From the NCBI GenBank assembly GCA_022711395.1, contig JAKLFA010000006.1:154-64153 (forward strand): 64,000 bases of DNA, written 5' to 3'. Of this stretch, positions 39,406 to 49,350 are shown piece by piece. The stretch's first letter is position 1, and each line of letters opens with the position of its first letter. Below the pieces are notes generated by a model. It worked only from the letters and a program-made list of their open reading frames with translations, searched no databases and was not told the origin of the DNA. This DNA comes from Candidatus Omnitrophota bacterium (GTDB lineage Bacteria; Omnitrophota; Gorgyraeia; Zapsychrales; JANLHA01). The position numbers and the translations under genes are program-made.

Positions 39406-40347
39406 TTATTCGTCATGCGGGTTGGGGCTTTGAAGCGTGTATTCCCTGAAACGTTTTTCGGATGATGTCTTGGAACCGTATGCTTTGGAGCTGATCTCGG
39501 ATTTCTGCAGGAACACGGCGACCGGCCCATGCTTTGTGTTCTGGGAGATCGTCAGTGTTTTATGTGTCTCCTGGATGATCGTTCCCCTTAGGACGACGCC
39601 ACTATTAAGGGTGATCTTGTCATAATTCTTTTCCAGCGCCTTATCCTTGATCTGGATGATGACGGTTTCCGTGAGTTTCAAGGCGTTCGCGATATCCGCC
39701 CGGGTGGTCCAGACCAGCCAGGCGCAGAACACCAGTTCCAACAACAAGATGAGCTTGTTGATCATTCGGCGGCGATGGACTTCGTTGGCCAGGGTGATAT
39801 GGTTGCGGCCCTGGTGTTTGGAAAAATACAACGCGACGTCGGATTTTTTAACGAGGTCGTCCGCCGTGATCGCGTCCATCGGGTAACCGGCGATCCCGTA
39901 GCTTGCCGTGATCCGGAAAAATTTGTTCTTGAAAAGGATCGGGCGGTGAAGCATGTTGTATTTTAAAAGCTGGATCATTTTTTTAGTTTCCCGGCAAGTC
40001 CTGTCCGGGAAGACTAGGAGGAATTCATCTCCGCCGTAGCGGAAGATCTTGCAGGGAAGGTCCTGGAACGACAGGCGCAGGATGCTTCCGATATACTTCA
40101 GGACCTCGTCACCGAACAAGTGGCCGTGTTTATCGTTGATCTTTTTGAAATGGTCCAGGTCCATGAAGACGATCGAAAAGACGCTTTTTTTCAGCTCCGC
40201 TTCCTTGAGCAGGCTTTCAAGAAAGGGTTTGAAGGCCTGGCGCAGCGAAACTTCCGTGAGGTAGTCCTTCTCTTCCAGCATGTTGAGGCTGATCTGGTCG
40301 AAATAGGAGAGAAGGCGGTATTTTTTTTCCGGTGAGCTCATGGCCAA
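39406..40347 (-). CDS. GGDEF-domain diguanylate cyclase with an unusual C-terminal TM segment and tail
   Basis: FMDLDHFKKINDKHGHLFGDEVL...FRYGGDEFLLVF (GGDEF motif) near the N-terminus, then a hydrophobic helix LILLLELVFCAWLVW and about 100 aa beyond it. Confidence 0.8.
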   Translation of the reverse strand: MAMSSPEKKYRLLSYFDQISLNMLEEKDYLTEVSLRQAFKPFLESLLKEAELKKSVFSIVFMDLDHFKKINDKHGHLFGDEVLKYIGSILRLSFQDLPCKIFRYGGDEFLLVFPDRTCRETKKMIQLLKYNMLHRPILFKNKFFRITASYGIAGYPMDAITADDLVKKSDVALYFSKHQGRNHITLANEVHRRRMINKLILLLELVFCAWLVWTTRADIANALKLTETVIIQIKDKALEKNYDKITLNSGVVLRGTIIQETHKTLTISQNTKHGPVAVFLQKSEISSKAYGSKTSSEKRFREYTLQSPNPHDE

Positions 40348-40567
40348 GGATACTCGCTGATTTTAAGCCTTAAAAAGCTTATTTTAAGTTTAACATAAAG
40401 GGGGTTTTAAAGAAAAAAGGATTTATAAAAAGATTTTCAAGGCCGGAACGGTCCGCAAGATCCTGATATTATAAAAAAATTATGTTGTGGGCGGCCGTCC
40501 CGGAAGATAAAATTATTCATTATCTTAAACAGTCCGGCCAAAGGCCGATCAGGACCTGGTTACAGAC

Positions 40568-41842
40568 GTGTGCCATAAGACCATCCTTAAAATTTTGAGC
40601 GTTGTTCTTTTGACGGGCCGTCTTTTTTTCGCGCCGGACGTCTCGTTCGCCCAATGTGTCGATTTTGACGGCGACGGCAGGGCCGACAGTTGCGGTTCGG
40701 TCGGGAACGTTCCCATGCCGACGGCCATTGAGCGGGTGGATACCGGAAGTTATTCTTCCGGCCAGGAAGAAGAGTATTCCGTCCAGCAGAGGCCTGCCGC
40801 CAAGAAGGCGCACCAACCGACGGGACCGAGCATGGAGACCATGGTCACCATGACGGTTTTTGAAAGCCTTCTGCAAGGCATGTTCAGCCCGCCTCCGGAA
40901 CCGGCCGGCCCCACACCCGAACAGATCGAAGCCCAGCGCAAGCTCGAGGAAATGAAAAAGCTTGAATTCCAGCGGGCCAATAAGAATTTGATGAATAAAT
41001 TAAAAGGCGGCGCTCCCGTTTCGGACGCCGGTGTCGTGGAGGCCGGAGGATTGAAATTAAAGGGCCTTCCTTCTTCGGGGGAAACCCACAGGGACTTTTT
41101 TGGCGCGCAGGGATCACAGTCGCCCACGGTTGCTTTGTTGCGCGATCCTGTGACGGGCGGGCCTATGGATTCAGCATGGCTTAAAGATCAGCAAAAACTT
41201 ATTGAGCAAAGGCTTGATGAGCCCAACAAATGGTCCGACGGAATTTATAGATCGCTTAAAACAAAGGCCCCACCGCTTCCGTATAAGAAGTTCAATGAGC
41301 TCCAGTCCGGTGATGTGGTGCTGGTCAATGCCAGCGGTCTAAGCCGCGTGATCAACAAGGCCGATAACGCCCTTTCCGGGGCCGATTCCTCGGGCGCGTC
41401 TCATACGGTACTTTATTTGAGGGAAGTCAACGGCGTTAAACATTTTGTGGAGAACGTGCCCGGCGAAGGGCCGCGAATTATTTTTGAGGACGAGTTTTTA
41501 AGTAAATACGCTTCACGCGGGGCGCAGGTTGCCAAACTCGCGCAGCCTTTGAGCGACAAGGAGGCCAAAAAACTTTATTCCGCCGCTGTCGAGATGGCCG
41601 CGAAAAACCGCCAGGAGATCAATAATTCACAATTTCTGGGGACCAACTACGGCGCGTGGGGCAAGGATAACGTGGTCTGCTCCGAAGCGGACTGGGCGCT
41701 GTTGAACATGGCCAGGGACAAACAGGTCCCGGCTTCGGGTGATGCGGCAAAGAGAGCGTTAGGGGTTGACTTCAGCCCGGCGGACTTTTTCGACAATGGG
41801 CAGCATTTTCTGGTTTCTCCCATGGAGATGCCTTCGAGATGA
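40568..41842 (+). CDS. Secreted hypothetical protein, possibly a permuted papain-fold (C92/YiiX-like) amidase
   Basis: Signal peptide; the central SGDVVLVNASG ... SHTVLYL ... CSEADWALL resembles the His-then-Cys order of permuted papain-like hydrolases. GTG start is uncertain. Confidence 0.45.
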   Translation: MCHKTILKILSVVLLTGRLFFAPDVSFAQCVDFDGDGRADSCGSVGNVPMPTAIERVDTGSYSSGQEEEYSVQQRPAAKKAHQPTGPSMETMVTMTVFESLLQGMFSPPPEPAGPTPEQIEAQRKLEEMKKLEFQRANKNLMNKLKGGAPVSDAGVVEAGGLKLKGLPSSGETHRDFFGAQGSQSPTVALLRDPVTGGPMDSAWLKDQQKLIEQRLDEPNKWSDGIYRSLKTKAPPLPYKKFNELQSGDVVLVNASGLSRVINKADNALSGADSSGASHTVLYLREVNGVKHFVENVPGEGPRIIFEDEFLSKYASRGAQVAKLAQPLSDKEAKKLYSAAVEMAAKNRQEINNSQFLGTNYGAWGKDNVVCSEADWALLNMARDKQVPASGDAAKRALGVDFSPADFFDNGQHFLVSPMEMPSR

Positions 41843-41868
41843 GACAGTATACATTATAAGGAGCGATC

Positions 41869-43488
41869 ATGAACGGTTTCAGCATGCAGCGTGTTTTTTT
41901 TCTGGTTTTGATGGGCTCGGTCCTTTTGTCCGGATGCACGACGATGGGAGGGGTCGCGGACATGGCGGATCAGAACAATATGGCGGGACTTCGAGGCCTG
42001 GTCCAGCAGGGCGCGGACGTCAACACGCCTGGCCTTCTGGGGTTTACCGCGCTTCATAATGCGGCTTTAAAGGGAAATGCTGAGATGGTCAAATTTCTTC
42101 TGGACCATGGAGCCAACACTGAGGTCGAGGTGCTGAGCGTGACGCCTTTGCTGCAGGCGATCTGGAAGGGACACACGGAAGTGGTGCGCCTTCTGGTGGC
42201 AGCCGGGGCGAATGTCAACAGGGCGCAAAGTTCTCACGGCGCCACGCCGATGACATATTGCGGCGCTTACGGTAATGCTGAGATAGCCCGCATCCTAGTC
42301 GATGCCGGCGCCGATGTTCACGCTAAGGATAAACGGGGAAAGACCGCGGTTGATCTTGCCGTGGAATACAAGAATTTCGAAGTGCTCGCGGTCCTGCGGA
42401 AGGCCGGCGTGGATGTTCCTTATGCGGGCGACCTTCAAAAAGACACGATCATGGCGATCCTTTCAGAGGATCGGCCGAAAGTCCTGTCCCTGCTCGATCA
42501 AGGGGCGGACCCTAACACAAAGACAAAGTCCGGAAAAGGTCTTTTGGCCTACGCTGTTTCGTATCAATGGCCTGATGTGGTTGAAGCGCTGATCAAAAAG
42601 GGCGCGGATGTGACGGTCAAGGATGAAACGGGGTGGACATTGGCCATGACCGCAGCCCTGGAAAATCAGGAGGAAATCGTTAAGGCGTTTGAGCAAGCGG
42701 GGGTCCAGGTGCCGTATTGCGGGGACAAGCAGAAAGACCTTTTGATCGCCGTGCTGTGGGAGGATAAAGAGAAAGTTTCGGAACTGTTATCGCAGGGGGC
42801 GGACGTCAACGGCCGTTATCGTTACAATTCACCGTTGTTGAATTACGCGGCCGTAAAAAAAGACATCGGCATGGCGGAACTTCTTTTAGATAAAGGCGCG
42901 GACCCCAACAGTGTTAATTCGTACGGGATCGGGCCGCTGATCGCCGCTCTTAATAAAGGAAGCGACACGTCCCTGGCTAAATATTTACTGCAACGCGGGG
43001 CGAATGCCGATGTTAGAAATGGTCAGGGCGTCTCGGCCTTGAACTTTGCGGTGGTCACCGGGGATGCGGATTTGGTCCGCTATATGCTGGAGCGCGGGGC
43101 AAAGCCGGATATCACCTCGGTGCTTTTAGCCCAGGGGAAAGTGGCCGGCCATACGGACATCAATTTTCCAGAGATCGCCGAGCTTTTAAGGCCTGAGGTC
43201 TTGCGCCGTCAGATGCTCAGGGCACAGGCCGCTGTTGAGTCCGCCCAGTCGCCGGAAGATTACCGCAAGGCGATCGCGGAATATAATGTGGCCAAAGAGC
43301 TGGCGCCGGATTTGGCTGAAATTTATTACAATCTCGGCCTGGTGCAGGAACAGGCCGGGTTTTACGCTGACGCGATCGTCAACCTGCAGAAATACCTGCA
43401 GCTTTCTCCCGGTGCCGCGGATACTCAGGCCGTCACGGACATGATCTATAAGCTGGAATATAAAAGAGACCAGGTCCTTAAGCAGTAA
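41869..43488 (+). CDS. Ankyrin-repeat lipoprotein (about 12 ANK repeats) with a C-terminal TPR-like segment
   Basis: Lipobox LLSGC; repeated G-TPLH-A...G....V..LL..GADVN units throughout. Confidence 0.85.
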   Translation: MNGFSMQRVFFLVLMGSVLLSGCTTMGGVADMADQNNMAGLRGLVQQGADVNTPGLLGFTALHNAALKGNAEMVKFLLDHGANTEVEVLSVTPLLQAIWKGHTEVVRLLVAAGANVNRAQSSHGATPMTYCGAYGNAEIARILVDAGADVHAKDKRGKTAVDLAVEYKNFEVLAVLRKAGVDVPYAGDLQKDTIMAILSEDRPKVLSLLDQGADPNTKTKSGKGLLAYAVSYQWPDVVEALIKKGADVTVKDETGWTLAMTAALENQEEIVKAFEQAGVQVPYCGDKQKDLLIAVLWEDKEKVSELLSQGADVNGRYRYNSPLLNYAAVKKDIGMAELLLDKGADPNSVNSYGIGPLIAALNKGSDTSLAKYLLQRGANADVRNGQGVSALNFAVVTGDADLVRYMLERGAKPDITSVLLAQGKVAGHTDINFPEIAELLRPEVLRRQMLRAQAAVESAQSPEDYRKAIAEYNVAKELAPDLAEIYYNLGLVQEQAGFYADAIVNLQKYLQLSPGAADTQAVTDMIYKLEYKRDQVLKQ

Positions 43489-43688
43489 AGCCGTTTCTGT
43501 AGGGATTTTCTTGTCCCGCCATCCTTGCCTTGAAAAGGTGTCCGGGTTTTTGGGTAGGGATCTAACAGCTTGTTATTCCATATCTTCGGTGGTAAAATAC
43601 AGCCATTGTTTCTCTGGCAGCCGGCAGGATCAATCAAGAACGCCGGAAGCGGAGAAAAATATCAGCAACAACCAACCAAGGGGGGGGT

Positions 43689-44111
43689 ATGAGTTTCGTC
43701 AAGGAATTCAAGGATTTTGCCATGAAAGGCAATGTGGTCGACATGGCGGTCGGTATCATTATTGGTGGCGCTTTTGGAAAGATCGTTTCATCTATTGTCA
43801 GCGATATTATCATGCCTCCGATCGGGCTTTTGATGGGCGGTGTGAATTTCACGGACCTGAAACTGACCCTCAAGGCCGCTCAACTGGATGCGGTGACCGG
43901 TAAAACGGTCGAGGCTGTCACCTTGAATTATGGAAAATTCCTTCAAACGACGGTTGATTTTATCATTCTTGCGTTCGCGATCTTCCTTATGGTCAAGGCC
44001 ATGAACACATTGAAAAAGAAGGAAGAGGTCAAGCCGTCCGCGCCTCCTGTTCCTACCAAAGAGGAGCTTTTATTGACTGATATACGCGATATTTTAAAGG
44101 CTCAAAAGTAA
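43689..44111 (+). CDS. mscL: Large-conductance mechanosensitive channel
   Basis: [33 protein letters not shown] is a near-canonical MscL N-terminus and TM1. A plausible promoter (TTGTTA-17-TAAAAT) lies upstream. Confidence 0.9.
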   Translation: MSFVKEFKDFAMKGNVVDMAVGIIIGGAFGKIVSSIVSDIIMPPIGLLMGGVNFTDLKLTLKAAQLDAVTGKTVEAVTLNYGKFLQTTVDFIILAFAIFLMVKAMNTLKKKEEVKPSAPPVPTKEELLLTDIRDILKAQK

Positions 44112-44168
44112 CAGGCTGTTTTCAGAAGGAAAGATCCTAACGGAACAGTCGTTAAGAAAGGAAGAACG

Positions 44169-44561
44169 ATGAAACGAATAATGATTATAGCTGTCTTTAT
44201 GTCATGCATGTTTTTGTTAAAGCCCGCCTTGGCGCAGGAAGAGGCTGTTCAGAAAACGAAAGGTGCCAGCCAGCAGGCCTATGAACATGCTGATGACAAC
44301 GCGATTTTCAACCGGACAGCGGATTGGTTCGCCACGATTGGTAAGTCCGCCGAGGAAAAAGAAAAGATCTTAGCTGAGCGTAAGGCGGATCGGGCGGTCA
44401 AGCGCGCGGAGAAAGAGGCGAAGAAAGCCCAAAAAAAAGCGGAAGAAGCGTCTAAAGGGGCCCAAAAAGGTTTAGAGGATGCCGGTCAGAAGGCGCAGAA
44501 GCAAATGGGAGAAGCCAATAAGCAGATGGGCGATCTGATGAAGAAGCAGGAAAAAAAATAA
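44169..44561 (+). CDS. Secreted Lys/Ala/Glu-rich hypothetical protein
   Basis: Signal peptide followed by low-complexity KAEKEAKKAQKKAEE repeats. Confidence 0.5.
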   Translation: MKRIMIIAVFMSCMFLLKPALAQEEAVQKTKGASQQAYEHADDNAIFNRTADWFATIGKSAEEKEKILAERKADRAVKRAEKEAKKAQKKAEEASKGAQKGLEDAGQKAQKQMGEANKQMGDLMKKQEKK

Positions 44562-44580
44562 ACAGATCAGGGCAAATAAA

Positions 44581-44630
44581 AAAACGGCAGGTGCTTTTAC
44601 CAGAAAAGGGAAAACGCCTGCCGTTTTTTC
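44581..44630 (+). terminator. Rho-independent terminator
   Basis: cggcagg ... cctgccg followed by TTTTTT. Confidence 0.55.
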
Positions 44631-44661
44631 CGATGTTAACTTTTTATAATGGTATCACAAC

Positions 44662-46332
44662 ATGATCAAGAAAATTTTAAAAGTTTCAGCAAAAATCATC
44701 GCAGGCTGTTTTGTGTTCTATCTTATTTTGGGGTTTATCATCATTCCTTTGGCCGCGAAGGTGGTCATTCCGTGGCAAGGCAGTAAGATCCTTAAAACGC
44801 CGGTCAAGGTCCGTTCGGTCTTCGTGAACCCTCTTTTGATCCAGTTGAAGATCAATGGCTTGGCGATCCTGGACCATAACAAACAGACGCTTCTGGGCTT
44901 TGAGAGCTTTTTTGTGGACGCCAGTTTCCTGCAGCTTTTTAAAAAGACCTATCGGATCGAGGATGTTTCCTTAAAAGGGCTTCAGGTCAACGCGGCGCTT
45001 TTGTCCGATGGACGGATCAACCTGATGGAGATCGTTCCGCAAGGATCGCCGGCGGAGGAACAATCCCAGCAAAAGGCTGCGGCAGAAGGGGCGGTTTCTG
45101 ATGAAAAGGCACTGTCTTCAGAGGGGCAAGCGCCCGCTGAGGCAAAGCCGCTGCCGCTGGTCGTTGTTGACAGGATCGCGTTGGAAAATGGCACGGTCCG
45201 TTTTGAGGACCAGAGCGTTGAGCCGAAATTTTCTACTAGCTTAAACGGCATGCAGTTGGAGGTCACGGGTTTTTCCACTCAGCCTGAGGCGCAGACCAAG
45301 GTGACGTTTAAGGCTAAGCTGGATGAAAAGGGGATCATGGCCGTTGATGCGTTGATAAAACCTTTGGCGCAGCCGCTGGCGATGGAGACAAGTTTCAGTT
45401 TGAATGATTATGCCATGCAGGTCGTGACACCGTATGTCGGCAAATACACCGGACGCGGCCTTCAGGACGGCAAGCTTGATGTGAAAATGGATTACCGCAT
45501 CAACGACAATCAGCTGACAGCCAGCCATAAATTGCTGATCCAGCATTTTGAGTTCGGTCAGACGGTGGAAAGTAAGGATGCCTTGCCGTTGCCGTTCGGT
45601 CTCGCCGTCGCCCTTCTTGAAGACCCCCAGGGGAGGATCAATATTTCCCTGCCGGTCTCGGGTGACATGAGCGATCCGCAATTTGAGTATTTTCATTTGA
45701 TCGGCCAGGTCGCGCGGAATTTTTTCATGAAGCTTGTGACCAAGCCGTTCTCCGTCCTGGCTTCGATGATGGGCGGGTCAGACACCGGAACGGATGAGCT
45801 GGGCTATGTGCGGTTTTCTCCCGGAAGGGCGGACCTCTCGGAAGAGGAGAAACAAAAACTGGGATTGCTGATCAAAGGCTTGAACGAGCGCCCCAAGCTG
45901 CGTCTTGAGATCAATGGGGGCTTTGATCAGCAAGTGGACTGGAAGGCGATCCAGGCGGATATCTTTACGAGGGATTATGAGGAGTTAAGAAAAGATTCCA
46001 GCCGGGAAGAGACGGTTGCCTATCAGCTGTTGTATCAGCGCCGGTTCGGGATCCGCGCACTGTGGGACCTGACCAAAAAATACAAGCTGGAAGTCGCTCA
46101 ATACGAGGAAGAAAAATTGAACCAGGAGATCAAGCGCCAGTTGATTGAACACGCTCCGCCGGATGAACAGGCTCTGGCTGTCTTGGCCCAGGCCAGGGCG
46201 CAGGTCGTGTATGATTTTTTTATCGCTTCTGGATTTGACGCCGGGCGTTTGAAAATAGGAGCAACGCAGAAGACCCAAAGCAGCATGGGCTATGTGCCGA
46301 TGGAGTTTACGCTGACGGTCTTTGAACAATAA
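44662..46332 (+). CDS. DUF748/AsmA-like membrane-anchored periplasmic protein
   Basis: N-terminal TM anchor then a long beta-rich region; pattern typical of DUF748. Confidence 0.55.
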   Translation: MIKKILKVSAKIIAGCFVFYLILGFIIIPLAAKVVIPWQGSKILKTPVKVRSVFVNPLLIQLKINGLAILDHNKQTLLGFESFFVDASFLQLFKKTYRIEDVSLKGLQVNAALLSDGRINLMEIVPQGSPAEEQSQQKAAAEGAVSDEKALSSEGQAPAEAKPLPLVVVDRIALENGTVRFEDQSVEPKFSTSLNGMQLEVTGFSTQPEAQTKVTFKAKLDEKGIMAVDALIKPLAQPLAMETSFSLNDYAMQVVTPYVGKYTGRGLQDGKLDVKMDYRINDNQLTASHKLLIQHFEFGQTVESKDALPLPFGLAVALLEDPQGRINISLPVSGDMSDPQFEYFHLIGQVARNFFMKLVTKPFSVLASMMGGSDTGTDELGYVRFSPGRADLSEEEKQKLGLLIKGLNERPKLRLEINGGFDQQVDWKAIQADIFTRDYEELRKDSSREETVAYQLLYQRRFGIRALWDLTKKYKLEVAQYEEEKLNQEIKRQLIEHAPPDEQALAVLAQARAQVVYDFFIASGFDAGRLKIGATQKTQSSMGYVPMEFTLTVFEQ

Positions 46333-46351
46333 TGTTGAACGTGTTTTAACA

Positions 46352-46382
46352 AGGGCGGCTGTTTTACGGCCGCCCTTTTTTT
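46352..46382 (+). terminator. Rho-independent terminator
   Basis: gggcggc-tgttttacg-gccgccc followed by TTTTTTT. Confidence 0.65.
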
Positions 46383-46394
46383 GTGAAAATGTGT

Positions 46395-47789
46395 TCAACG
46401 GTCCTGGGGCCGGTCGATCGGGATGCCTTCGGCTTCAGCAAGCTGAAGCATTTTTTCCAGGACATCATCGCAGAACAGATACTGCAGATAGGTCGTGTTT
46501 TCCTCGAGGCTGGTCATGTTGGATTTGATGAATTGATCATGCAGGGAGATCTTTCCCCTGGACTCAAGATACTTGAGTTTCTCGATGATCCGGGGATATT
46601 CGTTCAAACTTTTGCCGTAAAGCAGTTCAATCGCGCGCAGAGAGACCTTTCCCATGGAAAGGCTGGTGAAAAGATAATGCACGATCTCTTTCTGAGTGTC
46701 GAGTTTGTAGCCTTTTTCAATCGGGAGTTTTCCTTCCCCAAGAGAGCGGATATATTCATCCACGTCGCCATGGTTAGAATAACGGTAGGCGCCTGTGATG
46801 TGTCCGTTGGCGAAGCCGCCGATGGCGATAAAGCTGCTGTTGAACTGGATCGCGTCCGATAACTGGATGTTGCGCGCCGCGGGGTCCAGGGAACGCTGGT
46901 GCCCGCCGGTGGCGTGATAGCCGTGCTCCCGCAACAGCGGCCTGGACAGCAGGTCCATCTCTTTGATGCGTTGTTCGTCTTCCGTTGAAAGCCGGTTGCC
47001 TGTTTTGGAAAAGACCGTGGTGATCATGGGCTTAAAGCGGTTGGTATGAAGGACATCCGGCTTCCAGGAAATGAGGGTCTTTAAATCGTTCATGAATGAA
47101 TCCACGGTCTGCCCGGGAATGCCCATCATAAGGTCAAGGCTGATGAACTTGATCTGGTGCTTGCGGGCCAGGTCAAAAATGTGTTTGACCTGCCGGGTGT
47201 CCTGGGGACGGTTGTTGATCTTCAACACAGCCGGGTCCAGGCTCTGCACCCCGAGCCCCAGGCGGTCGACGCCGTTTTTTTTGAGGATCTTGATCTTTCC
47301 CTCATTGAGAGTGGCCGGCCCTGTTTCAAAGGAGAATTGGACAGCTTTTTTTAGATTAAGCCCTGCGTGCAGGCGGTCAAAAAGTTCCTGCAACTGGCCT
47401 TCATTAAGCAAGGACGGAGTCCCGCCCGCCAGATAAACGGATTTGAACGGGGTCTTGTTAAGCAGGTGTGCGTAGATATCGATCTCTTTTAAGAGGGCGT
47501 CAAAATAATCATTGAGCTTGTGAACGGTCAAGTGCGAGGCGTGGCAGCAGAAAACGCACCGGTGCTGGCAGAAGGGGATGTTCAGATAAAGTCCGAGAGT
47601 TTTTTTAAAGATGTCGGAAGGGGAGCTGCGGATCTTTTCACGGAAGTCCGCTTCATCGATATTGTTCTGCCAGAGAAGGCGCGGCGGGTAATCCAGCGGA
47701 AGGCGGTTGGCCTCGCCCAGAAAATACGGGATGATATTGGCGAAGAGATGATCGTAGTTCTTTAAAGGTTTTTGCGGCGCGCCGGCCAT
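46395..47789 (-). CDS. HemN-like radical SAM enzyme (coproporphyrinogen-dehydrogenase family, or class C radical SAM methyltransferase / HemW-like)
   Basis: YLNIPFCQHRCVFCC (CxxxCxxC), GGTPS motif, HemN_C-like C-terminus; paralogous to the next gene. Confidence 0.8.
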   Translation of the reverse strand: MAGAPQKPLKNYDHLFANIIPYFLGEANRLPLDYPPRLLWQNNIDEADFREKIRSSPSDIFKKTLGLYLNIPFCQHRCVFCCHASHLTVHKLNDYFDALLKEIDIYAHLLNKTPFKSVYLAGGTPSLLNEGQLQELFDRLHAGLNLKKAVQFSFETGPATLNEGKIKILKKNGVDRLGLGVQSLDPAVLKINNRPQDTRQVKHIFDLARKHQIKFISLDLMMGIPGQTVDSFMNDLKTLISWKPDVLHTNRFKPMITTVFSKTGNRLSTEDEQRIKEMDLLSRPLLREHGYHATGGHQRSLDPAARNIQLSDAIQFNSSFIAIGGFANGHITGAYRYSNHGDVDEYIRSLGEGKLPIEKGYKLDTQKEIVHYLFTSLSMGKVSLRAIELLYGKSLNEYPRIIEKLKYLESRGKISLHDQFIKSNMTSLEENTTYLQYLFCDDVLEKMLQLAEAEGIPIDRPQDR

Positions 47790-47810
47790 GTCCTGTGCCC
47801 TCTTGTTCGG

Positions 47811-49169
47811 TTATTCGTTTTCTTTTATGAAGTTAAATATCCTTTGCCGGATATCATCGCAGAACAGATATTGGCAATATGTCAGCCATTCTTCCTGTGA
47901 AGCCATCAGGGATTTGATGTAATGTTCGCGGATCAGGAGCTTGCCGCGGGATTCAAGATAACGCAGCCTTTCAAGGATCGGGGTGAATGAATCCAGGGGG
48001 GCGTCGTAAAGCATCTCGACCGCGCGTTTGGAAACGGCCCCTTTCCAGAGCTGATTGAACAGATACGAGACGAGCTCTTTGGTCATGTCAAGGCGGATGC
48101 CGCGTTCGACCGGTAATCGTCCTTTTTTGACCGACTGGATGTATTCGTTCAAATTTCCGGAATTGGCGTAGCGCCAGGAGCCGGTCAAGTGGCTGTGGGA
48201 AAAAGGGCCCAGGCCGATGAAACTGCTGTTGAATTTAAAGGCGTCGGTAACGCCCAGGGTGTAGACTCCTGGTTTTAGCATGGCGGTGGAGTTGCCGGGT
48301 TTGTGCAGGTATCCGGCGAGGCTGAAAAGCTCCGCGGCCCGGGCGGCCATTTCTGCGATCCGTTTCAGGTCCGCGTCCGAGAATCGGTTGCCCATCCGGT
48401 AGAAAGATGTCAGAGATGAAGGGATGAACTCATAGACCGTGATCGAGGCCGGTTTCCATGACAGGACCTCGGTCAGGTCCGCGACAAAACTTTCCACGCT
48501 TTGCCCCGGCAGGCCGGTGATAAGGTCGATCTGGATGTTATCGATCCCCGCCGCGCGGATCGCGGCATGCATGTTTTTGATGTGGTCTTTCTCCTGGGTC
48601 CGATTGACCGTCCGCAGGACGTCCGGATCCATGCTCTGGATGCCGAGCGAGATCCTGTTGACGCCGAGATCACGCAAGATCCTTATTTTTCTTTCATTGA
48701 GGCTCGCGGGATGGGCTTCAAAGGAGATCTGCAAGGCGTTTTTTAAATTCAATTTTTGATGAAGGTTTTCCAGGAATTCCTTGAGTTGGCGCTCATCAAG
48801 GATCGAAGGCGTCCCGCCGCCGATCATGACCGAGCGAAGCGGCGCATGATCAAGCAGGCCGGCATAGAGGTCCATTTCTCCATATAAAGCCTCCAGAAAA
48901 TCATCGGTTCGTTTGGTGTCGATGTAGAACGGATATCGGCAGAAGGAGCAGCGCTCAGAACAGAACGGGATGTGGATATACAGCCCCAGCAGTTTGTTGA
49001 AGATGCTGTCCGGCCGTGCCTTGATGTCCGCCTGGATTTTGGCCTGGTCGATCCCGCTGTCCCAAAAGACGAACGGGGGATAGTCGATCATGGCCTTTCG
49101 GGAATCCCGGTTCATCCGACGGGCGAATTCGGCAAAGGTATGGTCATGGTTGTTGAAGTGCTCATTCAT
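47811..49169 (-). CDS. HemN-like radical SAM enzyme, paralog 2
   Basis: YIHIPFCSERCSFCRY, GGGTPS; the C-terminus YLESRGKLLI...YLFCDDI aligns with the paralog. Confidence 0.8.
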   Translation of the reverse strand: MNEHFNNHDHTFAEFARRMNRDSRKAMIDYPPFVFWDSGIDQAKIQADIKARPDSIFNKLLGLYIHIPFCSERCSFCRYPFYIDTKRTDDFLEALYGEMDLYAGLLDHAPLRSVMIGGGTPSILDERQLKEFLENLHQKLNLKNALQISFEAHPASLNERKIRILRDLGVNRISLGIQSMDPDVLRTVNRTQEKDHIKNMHAAIRAAGIDNIQIDLITGLPGQSVESFVADLTEVLSWKPASITVYEFIPSSLTSFYRMGNRFSDADLKRIAEMAARAAELFSLAGYLHKPGNSTAMLKPGVYTLGVTDAFKFNSSFIGLGPFSHSHLTGSWRYANSGNLNEYIQSVKKGRLPVERGIRLDMTKELVSYLFNQLWKGAVSKRAVEMLYDAPLDSFTPILERLRYLESRGKLLIREHYIKSLMASQEEWLTYCQYLFCDDIRQRIFNFIKENE

Positions 49170-49284
49170 AAACAGATCACGCTCGGATGTTTTGATCGTT
49201 TCACATAGTATAGCATAAGCGGTCCTGTTCCGAAGCGGCCCTTCAAATAAAGTCGGGCGGCCGTTCTGATCCGTAAAATGGGCC

Positions 49285-49313
49285 TTGTTGCAAAATGGAA
49301 GACGTAATATAAT
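49285..49313 (+). promoter_or_regulatory. Sigma-70-like promoter (TTGTTG-17-TATAAT) for the plus-strand radical SAM operon
   Basis: TTGTTG at 49285-49290 and TATAAT at 49308-49313 with a 17-nt spacer in the divergent intergenic region. Confidence 0.45.
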
Positions 49314-49350
49314 GCTTACGATTTAACATTCAACCCGTGGACGGGGCATT

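Noticed and set aside
38217-39530. The full 437-aa minus-strand ORF as the alkaline phosphatase
   Set aside because: The first 69 codons are Arg/Pro-rich with no RBS. The signal peptide begins at the internal ATG at 39323, which has a ggaaggag RBS, so the shorter call is used.
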